From an uncultured Clostridiaceae bacterium (GTDB lineage: Bacteria > Bacillota > UBA994 > PWPR01), in NCBI GenBank assembly GCA_964546025.1, contig CAZJHT010000010.1, positions 175 through 64,174 on the forward strand: a DNA stretch of 64,000 bases. Reading direction: 5' to 3'. Positions within the stretch are counted from its first letter, which is position 1, and every line of letters begins with the position of its first letter. Positions 25,717 through 33,389 of this stretch are shown here, in pieces. The notes beneath the pieces are model-generated. The model made no database searches, was not told the DNA's origin, and worked only from the letters and a program-made list of their open reading frames with translations. A program made the position numbers and the translations under genes.

Positions 25717-27027
25717 CTAATTATTTGTTAAATCTCGCCACATTTTTAAATATTCATCTTTTGACATAACTTGCTCATAATTACTAGCTACTTCTTTAGC
25801 TTTTGAAGCATTATCAAATAGTAAGTCTATCACAGTCATAGCCATACATTTTGCTGGAACTACATAAGCAGCTACTTCATCAGCAATTTTATAGTCTCTT
25901 GTATGAGCAGTACCTGAAATACCACCTGTATAAGGATGAATTGATGGTACTATATGACTAACATCTCCCATGTCAGTTGAACCACCAATTTTTTCAGCAA
26001 TGTAAACATTGTCTTCTCCAACAACTTGATTAGCATTATCTCTAAATAATTCTGTCATAATCTCTTCTTGAATCATCGGCAAATATCCTGGGATTTCAGT
26101 AATCTCTACCTTAGCCCCTACAGAAATTGCTCCGCCTTTTAGCGCATTATTAACTTTACTATTAGCATCGATAATTGCATCTAAGTTGCTTCCTCTAACA
26201 TATGTTTCAAGTTTCACTTCAGATGGGACTATATTTACTAAATCTCCACCTTTAGTAATGATAGGATGAACTCTTATTGCATCATTATCTCTAAATGTTT
26301 CTCGATTAGCATGAATACCCATAAGTCCTAGCATAGCTGCATTAAGAGCATTAACTCCTTCATGAGGTGATCCACCTGCATGTGCTTCTTTTCCTAGATA
26401 TTTTACAGTTTTACCAATAAATCCATTACTACCTCCACCAACAAATACACTTTTATCAGGGGATGATGAATTACTATGGATCATCATAGCTACATCAACA
26501 TCATCAAATTCTCCAAACTTAATGAGTTCTTGCTTACCTCCCATAAACTCAATCTCACCATCTGCTTGTAGCCTCTGACGATACTCTAACTCTACAAACT
26601 CTTCAGCTGGTACAGCAATAAGCTTGACTATACCATCTAAGTGCTCCATTACTTTACTTTCTGACAAACCGATTGTCACACCAAGCAAAGCTGCAATCAT
26701 AGCATTATGTCCACATGCATGAACTGCACCTGTTTCTTTATCAGCATCTGGATGTTCATAACAAAGCACAGCATCAAGCTCACCAAGTACTGCTACTTTT
26801 GCTTCGTTGCTTTTACCAGCTAACTCTCCAATTACGCCAGTTCTTGCAACTTCTGAACGATAACTAACACTATACTTATCAAAAGTATCTTTTACTAATT
26901 GAGCAGTTTTAAATTCTTTATAGCCAAGTTCAGGGTTTTCCCAAATTTGTCTGCCAATAGCAATAATCTCTTCTTGATTAGTATCGATTGCTTCAAGTAC
27001 TAATTTTTTTAGTTCTTGTTTATTCAC
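25717..27027 (-). CDS. M20D-family amidohydrolase (aminoacylase / AbgB-like)
   Basis: Metal-ligand motif HACGHN and M20 dimerisation-domain topology. Start trimmed to the GTG at 27027 (VNKQELKK), with AGGAGG 7 nt upstream. Confidence 0.85.
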   Translation of the reverse strand: MNKQELKKLVLEAIDTNQEEIIAIGRQIWENPELGYKEFKTAQLVKDTFDKYSVSYRSEVARTGVIGELAGKSNEAKVAVLGELDAVLCYEHPDADKETGAVHACGHNAMIAALLGVTIGLSESKVMEHLDGIVKLIAVPAEEFVELEYRQRLQADGEIEFMGGKQELIKFGEFDDVDVAMMIHSNSSSPDKSVFVGGGSNGFIGKTVKYLGKEAHAGGSPHEGVNALNAAMLGLMGIHANRETFRDNDAIRVHPIITKGGDLVNIVPSEVKLETYVRGSNLDAIIDANSKVNNALKGGAISVGAKVEITEIPGYLPMIQEEIMTELFRDNANQVVGEDNVYIAEKIGGSTDMGDVSHIVPSIHPYTGGISGTAHTRDYKIADEVAAYVVPAKCMAMTVIDLLFDNASKAKEVASNYEQVMSKDEYLKMWRDLTNN

Positions 27028-27081
27028 TACAGCACCTCCTTTTTTTATTTCACACTTATTATACACTTTTTTAACAAAAAG

Positions 27082-27120
27082 TTAAGAGTATACAGTATAT
27101 ATAGTACAGTACACTCTTAA
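27082..27120 (-). terminator. 12-bp inverted repeat (one mismatch) with a U-rich tail, either a terminator or an operator between two hydrolase genes
   Basis: Minus strand reads TTAAGAGTGTAC-N15-GTATACTCTTAA followed by CTTTTTGTT. A TATAAT at 27063-27058 follows, so this may also be a promoter/operator region for the M20D unit. Confidence 0.5.
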
Positions 27121-27183
27121 TTGTATGATATATTATTCATTTTACTTCGTATTTATAGGTGAAAATACATTAATTACTAATTT

Positions 27184-28830
27184 TTATGCAATATATACGA
27201 TTTCACCATCAAAAATCGTCATTTTAACTTTAAGATCTTTTATTTCTTCATCCTCTATTGCTGTTATATCTCTATCTAAAACAGCTATATCAGCTAGCAT
27301 TCCAGGGACTAATTTACCCTTAATATCTTCTTCAAAGCTTAAATATGCACCATTAGTAGTCATCATTTTAAGAGCCTCAAATATAGACACTTTTTCCCTC
27401 TCTCCTGCTTGATGACCTAATGCTCCTTTTCTAGTAACAGCACTATAGAGGTTATAAAATGGATTAAAATGAGCTGAAGGCATATCTGTACTAATTGCAA
27501 CTTTTATATCATTCTTCAAATAAGTTTTTGTCGGTGTGAAGTCTGCTTGTTTTTCTTTTGACATTAGATTGTCATACCCTGAAGCTTCCCCATAAATAAA
27601 AGCTGGTTGAATTGCAGCTATAATTTTGGCTTCTCTCATCATTTGTAGTGCTTTTTCTGTTGGATAGTATCCGTGTATAATCTGATGCCGTCTATCTTCT
27701 GGATTTGCTTTATATGCTTTATATATAGCCTTTACTGCTAGTTCTTGTGACTCATCACCCACAACGTGAATACCTACTCCCCATCCTGCATCATGAGCAG
27801 TTTTAACATACTCATCTAACTTTTTTAAGTCTAGTCGAAAAGGTATGTCTTTCCTAACACTATCTTCACCTAAATATGGCCACGATAAATAAGCTGTCTT
27901 TGAAGTTAGCCCTCCATCGATAGCCATTTTTAAACCACCTAGCCTTAGCATGTTATCCCCAAAATTAGTATAAAAACCTAGCTCTGATATCAACCTTTCT
28001 ATTTTATCTACTTCTTGCTTTATATGAAAACCATACCAGTTTGGCATTAGTGTAGTTCGTACTTTTAACTCCTCGTTTTGATAAAGATTTTGATACGCAC
28101 GCATAATAGCAGGAGTGACACCGGGCTCAATTATACCTGTAATTCCGTATTTTAAATACTCTTGATGTGCTAGCTTAATTGCTCTTTCAGTTCCTTGATT
28201 AATTCCAATTTTATCTGCTCCAAATGGCCCTGGCATTGCATCTCTAACAAGCTGTTTAGCTTCTCTGAATAATAAACCTGTTGGTTCTCCATTTTCATCT
28301 CTATCAATCACACCATCTTTAGGATCTTTAGTGTTTTTATCAATTCCTGCAAGTTCTAAAGCTTTTGAATTAGCTACACAGGTTGAAAATATTCTTTCTA
28401 AAACAACAGGATGGTTTTTTGATACTTGATCTATATCATGCTTTGTAGGCATTCTTTGCTCTCTAAACTGTGTTTCATTCCAACCCCCTCCCTGAAGCCA
28501 TTCTCCATGAGGTAAATTACTTAATTTACTGCTAATTTTTTTTCTTAACTCTTCAAAATCTTTAATCCCAAAAGTAACTAATCCTTCTATAAAACGCCCT
28601 GCTTCCCATGCATGATTATGAGTATCAATTATGCCAGGAATTACAGATTTTCCTTCAAGATCAAACTTTTTAGTCGCTTCACCACATATGCTCAATATCT
28701 CTTTATTAGTGCCAACTGCCATTACCTTGTTATCCAGAATAGCAATTGCATCAACCATTTCATCATTATTCATAGTATGGACTTTTCCATTTAGCAATGC
28801 AATTTGTGGTCTTAAATTAATATGTTTCAA
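27184..28830 (-). CDS. Metal-dependent amidohydrolase (Amidohydro_3 / YtcJ-like), paralogue of 13188..14801
   Basis: HxH motif (PGIIDTHNHA) and VHVVGDES. 548 aa. TTG start after AAGGGGG. Confidence 0.85.
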   Translation of the reverse strand: MKHINLRPQIALLNGKVHTMNNDEMVDAIAILDNKVMAVGTNKEILSICGEATKKFDLEGKSVIPGIIDTHNHAWEAGRFIEGLVTFGIKDFEELRKKISSKLSNLPHGEWLQGGGWNETQFREQRMPTKHDIDQVSKNHPVVLERIFSTCVANSKALELAGIDKNTKDPKDGVIDRDENGEPTGLLFREAKQLVRDAMPGPFGADKIGINQGTERAIKLAHQEYLKYGITGIIEPGVTPAIMRAYQNLYQNEELKVRTTLMPNWYGFHIKQEVDKIERLISELGFYTNFGDNMLRLGGLKMAIDGGLTSKTAYLSWPYLGEDSVRKDIPFRLDLKKLDEYVKTAHDAGWGVGIHVVGDESQELAVKAIYKAYKANPEDRRHQIIHGYYPTEKALQMMREAKIIAAIQPAFIYGEASGYDNLMSKEKQADFTPTKTYLKNDIKVAISTDMPSAHFNPFYNLYSAVTRKGALGHQAGEREKVSIFEALKMMTTNGAYLSFEEDIKGKLVPGMLADIAVLDRDITAIEDEEIKDLKVKMTIFDGEIVYIA

Positions 28831-28852
28831 AAATTAACCCCCTTATTTAACT

Positions 28853-28885
28853 ATAGCCACAAAAGTGTTTAGCTTTTGTGGCTAT
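28853..28885. other. 13-bp perfect intergenic hairpin without a proper U-tract on the transcribed (minus) strand
   Basis: ATAGCCACAAAAG-tgtttag-CTTTTGTGGCTAT. On the minus strand it is followed by AGTTAAATAAGG, so it is more likely an mRNA processing or stability element than an efficient terminator. Confidence 0.4.
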
Positions 28886-28892
28886 CTATTTG

Positions 28893-30083
28893 TTACTCTT
28901 TGCTCTCTTTATATGCTTTAAATTCTGCTTTTGCTTTGGCTAGATACTCATCATTAGTAAATAGATCATAAGCAACTCCTGCTAATGTCTTTGCACCAAT
29001 CACGATTCCTCTATGCCCTTCTTCAGATACTGTAGCATCAGCTAAGTCTGTTGAATGTCCATTTAGTTTTTTGCTTGAAATACTAATATATGGGTGAATG
29101 CCAGGAAGTTCTTGTGATACATCTGCCATATCAGTAGAGCCAGCACCATGCTCTGCTGGTGGCAAAATTGACTCGCCTAATGCTTCAATATTATCCTTAA
29201 ATAAACCACTTAATACCTGATTATTTACCATGTTTTTATATGTATTAGCTGTTTGACGCATTTCAACTTCTGCGCCTGCTGCTAATGCACCAGCTTTTGC
29301 ACAGTTTTTAACCTTTTCTACGACTTCTTCCAGATAATCTGCATCTATTGATCTCACATACATTCTAATTACAGCACGGTCTGGCACTATATTAGGCGCT
29401 TTTCCACCCTCTGTTATTACACCATGAATTCTTACATCAGGCTTAACATGTTGTCTTAATGCATTAAACCCATTAAATGTCTGGATAGCAGCGTCTAGTG
29501 CATTAATTCCTTCATGAGGGGCTCCTGCAGCGTGAGATGTTTTTCCTTTGAATACAATTTCCATAGCATATCTCGCATTTGATGAAGTTCCTAGTCTATG
29601 TTGTCCTGTTGAAGGATGGAACATAATTGCAGCGTCTATATCTTTAAATGAACCATTTTCAACTAAAATTACTTTTCCTCCAGCATTATCAACTACACCT
29701 TCTTCAGCTGGGCAACCCATTAATACTAACTTGCCTGGGAGTTCTTCCATTGCATTTTTAAGTGCTATTGCTCCTCCAACAGCACCTGTAGCTATTACAT
29801 TATGCCCACAACCATGCCCTATGCCTGGTAAAGCATCATATTCTGCTAAAATTGCAATTGTTGGTCCTGGTTTTCCTGTACTATACTCTGCTCTAAAAGC
29901 GGTTTCTAGTCCTCCATAAGGAAACTCTACCTCAAAACCATGTTCTTTTAGTATATTTGCTAATTTTTCTGCTGCCCCAAATTCTTGGTGTCCTAGCTCT
30001 GGATTATGATACATCCAATCATTGATTTCAAAAAGACTTTCCGCAATGTTATCTGCTTGTTTGTAAATTAATTCTTTATTCAT
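28893..30083 (-). CDS. M20-family amidohydrolase/peptidase
   Basis: 396 aa with the motif GHGCGHN and typical M20D organisation. AGGAGG RBS. Confidence 0.85.
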   Translation of the reverse strand: MNKELIYKQADNIAESLFEINDWMYHNPELGHQEFGAAEKLANILKEHGFEVEFPYGGLETAFRAEYSTGKPGPTIAILAEYDALPGIGHGCGHNVIATGAVGGAIALKNAMEELPGKLVLMGCPAEEGVVDNAGGKVILVENGSFKDIDAAIMFHPSTGQHRLGTSSNARYAMEIVFKGKTSHAAGAPHEGINALDAAIQTFNGFNALRQHVKPDVRIHGVITEGGKAPNIVPDRAVIRMYVRSIDADYLEEVVEKVKNCAKAGALAAGAEVEMRQTANTYKNMVNNQVLSGLFKDNIEALGESILPPAEHGAGSTDMADVSQELPGIHPYISISSKKLNGHSTDLADATVSEEGHRGIVIGAKTLAGVAYDLFTNDEYLAKAKAEFKAYKESKE

Positions 30084-30142
30084 TAGTACCCTCCTAATAT
30101 TTGAGTCTATATAATTAATTCGACAAGCTAAAGATAATTCCT

Positions 30143-30679
30143 TTATTTAATCTGCTCATATTCACTTTTGAGGACAGAATAACATAAATCATCATGAATT
30201 GTTCCATCATATATTTTTGTTGCCATTCTCAAAGTTCCTTCGTATTTAAAGCCTAGCTTTTCGATTACTCTTTGAGACTGCTTGTTAAATGGATAATGAT
30301 AAACAGTTATGATTTTTACACATCGATCTTCAAATAAATGTCTTATCACTTCTTTGCCTGCTTCAACTATAATGCCTTGTCCCCAATAATCTTCGTGAAG
30401 AACATATCCAAGTGCAAAAACATTTTCTATCCTTCTTTTACTGTCTGGGTGTATTCCAAAAGACCCTATGACCTTTTTATCTTCTTTATGATAAATTGCA
30501 TAAACTTCATCACCTTTAATAAAGGAGTCAAAGATTTTCCTAGACTCTTCCTCTGATTCATGGGGCTTCCAGCCAGCCATGGGTCCCACCTTTTTGCTTT
30601 TACCTAAATCATAAAAATCATTAAAGTCTTCTTCAACATATTGCCTTAATATCAACCTACTTGTAACTAGTTGCTTCAT
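30143..30679 (-). CDS. GNAT-family N-acetyltransferase (RimJ/RimL-like)
   Basis: 178 aa. N-terminal RLILRQ, WGQGI and a Q-R-V-x-E-K-x-GF acetyl-CoA motif. ATGA overlap with the MFS gene. Confidence 0.88.
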   Translation of the reverse strand: MKQLVTSRLILRQYVEEDFNDFYDLGKSKKVGPMAGWKPHESEEESRKIFDSFIKGDEVYAIYHKEDKKVIGSFGIHPDSKRRIENVFALGYVLHEDYWGQGIIVEAGKEVIRHLFEDRCVKIITVYHYPFNKQSQRVIEKLGFKYEGTLRMATKIYDGTIHDDLCYSVLKSEYEQIK

Positions 30680-31860
30680 ACTTTTACCTCTTTTCTTCCC
30701 ATTATTGTGTTCATGTATTTCATCACTACATACATTAAAGCCGTCATAAAGACTCCTACTACTAAGTGTGTGCTAAAAACGTTGCCACTGTCTTGTATAA
30801 CCCCAAGAACTGGAGCTGCCACACTTGCACTTAACCTTGCTACTAACCCTGATAAAGATAAAATTGTTGCTCTATTAGAACTATCCAAATACTTATTAAA
30901 ATATTTCCTTGTAACTGGAATATATAGCCCCCTTGCAACTTGTTGAAGTAATATTCCTAGTACACCTATCCATACTTTAGTAAAAGCTAACACAAAGAAA
31001 GAGCAAATAAATAAGAGATACAAGAAACTAAGAGTTTTCCGTTTTGTAAAGCTTATGATTTTCTCAACATGCCTAGATGATAATGCTGCTACTACGTTAA
31101 ATACAAAGAAAACCACACCGAAGTATTTAACTGGTATGTCTACAGCAGACATATATGGTTGATATAAGAAAAAACCAACTCTACTGAAAACATGATAAAC
31201 TGTTGTAAACAAAATCAAGCCTCTTATCTTCTTATGCTTTATTGCAAACTGGCAGCTATCTTTCATCTGCATAAAATAATTACCTTTGCTAATTTCTTTT
31301 CTAACCTCTGGCTCTTTGAACATAAACCCAACCAATCCTGCTAATAACATAAACACTACTGAAATCAAAAATGGTAGATGCACATTAATATCATAAACAA
31401 AGCCAGCAATTATTGAACCAACAGCTTGCACCCATAACTGAATAGAAAAAGCCTTTCCTAGTGCTTCTTGAAACTCATCTTCTCTGCCATACTCACTAAG
31501 TGAATCATAAAGCATTGCAACATCTGCTCCAGATATAAGAGAAAAACCAAGAGCAAAACATATCTCAGCTAGCAACAGTAAGAAAAATGTATTAAATATA
31601 GTATATATGAAAAGGCTAAGTGCTAAAACAAATCCTCCTAAGGTTAAACATAGTTTTCTTGATACTATATCTGCTAAGGCACCAGTTGGCACGTCAAAGA
31701 TAACTAAAGACAATGCGCTCACAGTGTTAAGAAGCATTGCTTGGGTAAAAGACAACTCCTTCACTTCTAATAGATAGATCATTACAACAGGGCCAATTAT
31801 CATCGCGCCAAAGAAAGCTTGAAACAAGTAATATTTCTTTACATTTTTTATACTTTCCAT
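30676..31860 (-). CDS. MFS-family transporter
   Basis: About 12 TM helices. Start trimmed to the ATG at 31860 (MESIKNV), with AAAGGAG 7 nt upstream. The track's N-terminal extension runs into the terminator U-tract. Confidence 0.85.
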   Translation of the reverse strand: MESIKNVKKYYLFQAFFGAMIIGPVVMIYLLEVKELSFTQAMLLNTVSALSLVIFDVPTGALADIVSRKLCLTLGGFVLALSLFIYTIFNTFFLLLLAEICFALGFSLISGADVAMLYDSLSEYGREDEFQEALGKAFSIQLWVQAVGSIIAGFVYDINVHLPFLISVVFMLLAGLVGFMFKEPEVRKEISKGNYFMQMKDSCQFAIKHKKIRGLILFTTVYHVFSRVGFFLYQPYMSAVDIPVKYFGVVFFVFNVVAALSSRHVEKIISFTKRKTLSFLYLLFICSFFVLAFTKVWIGVLGILLQQVARGLYIPVTRKYFNKYLDSSNRATILSLSGLVARLSASVAAPVLGVIQDSGNVFSTHLVVGVFMTALMYVVMKYMNTIMGRKEVKV

Positions 31861-31888
31861 AACAATACTCCTTTCGTTAGTTTTATAT

Positions 31889-31937
31889 ACAAAAATAAAG
31901 CCCAAAGGACGATATTAAGACTCGTCCTTTGGGCTTT
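31889..31937 (-). terminator. Intrinsic terminator forming the riboswitch expression platform
   Basis: Minus strand reads AAAGCCCAAAGGACG-agtcttaatat-CGTCCTTTGGGCTTT followed by ATTTTT, a 15-bp stem ending about 30 nt before the MFS start. Confidence 0.7.
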
Positions 31938-32022
31938 TATCCCAAAAGTGTAACAATCAATGCCTCACACCGCTTGGACCAGACACTTATATAAAGTCGG
32001 AACCCTAGATGTGCTCTTAATT
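31889..32022 (-). promoter_or_regulatory. ykkC/yxkD-class (guanidine-I family) riboswitch-like leader; subtype not assignable by eye
   Basis: Minus-strand RNA reads CUAGGGUUCCGAC...GUCUGGUCCAAGCG-GUGUGA(loop)UUACAC-UUUUGGGAUAAAAGCCCAAAGGACGAG. This matches the conserved blocks I recall for ykkC (CUAGGGUUCCG / GGUCCGAGAG / ACAC..GGGAnAAAAGCCCGGGAGA). A P3-like hairpin UUUGGG-AUAAAAG-CCCAAA is present, and the terminator shares the GCCCAAAGG segment. Confidence 0.7.
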
Positions 32023-32029
32023 GCATGAT

Positions 32030-32058
32030 ATATTAACTAATATTAATTTTGTAGTCAA
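32030..32058 (-). promoter_or_regulatory. Candidate sigma-A promoter (TTGACT-N17-TAATAT) driving the riboswitch leader
   Basis: Minus strand reads TTGACT (32058-32053), a 17-nt spacer, then TAATAT (32035-32030). Confidence 0.5.
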
Positions 32059-32107
32059 GCAAATTAATTTAAAAATTAACTTATTTAATATTCCTGTAAC
32101 ATTTTCT

Positions 32108-33346
32108 TTATTTCTCTAAAGTGTACAACTTAATAATTTCTAACATTACCTCTACTGCTTTTTCCATTGACTGAACTGACACATACTCTGTTTTTGCATG
32201 TGCATTATGTCCTCCAGTAAATAAATTAGGACAAGGAAGACCCATATATGATAGCCTAGCACCATCTGTTCCACCTCTAATTGGTGATATTATTGGTGTT
32301 ATTCCAAGGTTTTCCATGCTTTGAGATGCCGTTTCAATAATATGCATTTCTGGTCTGATCTTTTCTTCCATATTCTTATATGAGTCAATTAGTTCAAGAT
32401 CTACTCTATTCTCTCCATATTTCTCATTTAAAAAACTTACAACACTCACCATTAGGTCTTTTTTAACTTCAAACTTTTGTCTATCATGGTCTCTTATGAG
32501 ATAATTCATTTCTGCAACGTCTACATTTCCTTTTACCCAATTAAGATGGAAAAACCCTTCATACTCTTCTGTAAAAGCAGGCTTTTGCTCTTCTGGTAGC
32601 ATAGAGTTGAGTTCCATTGCCAAAAGTATGGCACTCACCATTTTGTTTTTTGCACTTCCTGTATGAATGTTTGTTCCATTTATCTTTACTTTCGCTGTAG
32701 CTGCATTAAATGTTTCAAAGTTTAAACTTCCAATAGGGCCACCATCTACAGTATAAGCAAAATCAGCATTGAATTTTTCTACATCAAAATACTTTGTACC
32801 CTGACCAATTTCTTCATCAGGAGTAAAGCCAATTCTAATATCGCCATGTTTTATTTCTGGGTTTGCTAATAGATACTCTGCTAGTGCCAAGATTTCAACC
32901 ATACCAGCTTTGTCATCTGCTCCAAGTAATGTTGTCCCATCACTTGTAATTATATCTTGTCCAATATAGTTTCTTAGTTCTGGAAATTCATTAACTGTTA
33001 GTGTAAATCCACCCTTATTAAGTACTAAATCCTTACCGTCATAATTCTTATGAATCTGTGGTTTGATATTAGCAGTTGGAACTTCATTAATTATATCCAT
33101 ATGAGCAATGAACCCTATAGTAGGGACTTCATAATCAACATTACCTGGGATAGTAGCAAAAATATAACCATACTCATCAATTTCTGCATCTACAAGTCCC
33201 ATCTCTCTCATCTCTTTTGCTACTTCCTTTCCAAATTCCATCTGGCTTTGTGTACTTGGATATGTTTCAGAATTAATGTCAGATACAGTGTCAACCTTAC
33301 AGTACTTTACAAATCTTTCTACCATGTTTTCATAGATTTTTTTCAT
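32108..33346 (-). CDS. pepT: Peptidase T (tripeptide aminopeptidase, M20B)
   Basis: 412 aa. The N-terminus ERFVKYCKVDTVSD...YPSTQSQ closely resembles PepT proteins such as that of B. subtilis. Confidence 0.93.
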   Translation of the reverse strand: MKKIYENMVERFVKYCKVDTVSDINSETYPSTQSQMEFGKEVAKEMREMGLVDAEIDEYGYIFATIPGNVDYEVPTIGFIAHMDIINEVPTANIKPQIHKNYDGKDLVLNKGGFTLTVNEFPELRNYIGQDIITSDGTTLLGADDKAGMVEILALAEYLLANPEIKHGDIRIGFTPDEEIGQGTKYFDVEKFNADFAYTVDGGPIGSLNFETFNAATAKVKINGTNIHTGSAKNKMVSAILLAMELNSMLPEEQKPAFTEEYEGFFHLNWVKGNVDVAEMNYLIRDHDRQKFEVKKDLMVSVVSFLNEKYGENRVDLELIDSYKNMEEKIRPEMHIIETASQSMENLGITPIISPIRGGTDGARLSYMGLPCPNLFTGGHNAHAKTEYVSVQSMEKAVEVMLEIIKLYTLEK

Positions 33347-33389
33347 ACTTACTAGCTCCTTTTTTATCTTCTTAAACTACCTTGTATTA

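Noticed and set aside
30676-31905. N-terminal extensions in the ORF track. Examples are MFS to 31905, coaE to 1121, mutM to 1960, M20D to 27066, MFP to 24292, the response regulator to 62289 and D-aminoacylase from 37873.
   Set aside because: The extended starts lack Shine-Dalgarno sequences. They also run into terminators or upstream genes, or precede canonical family N-termini such as the MPELPEV of Fpg. Internal starts with well-spaced GGAGG-like RBS were preferred.
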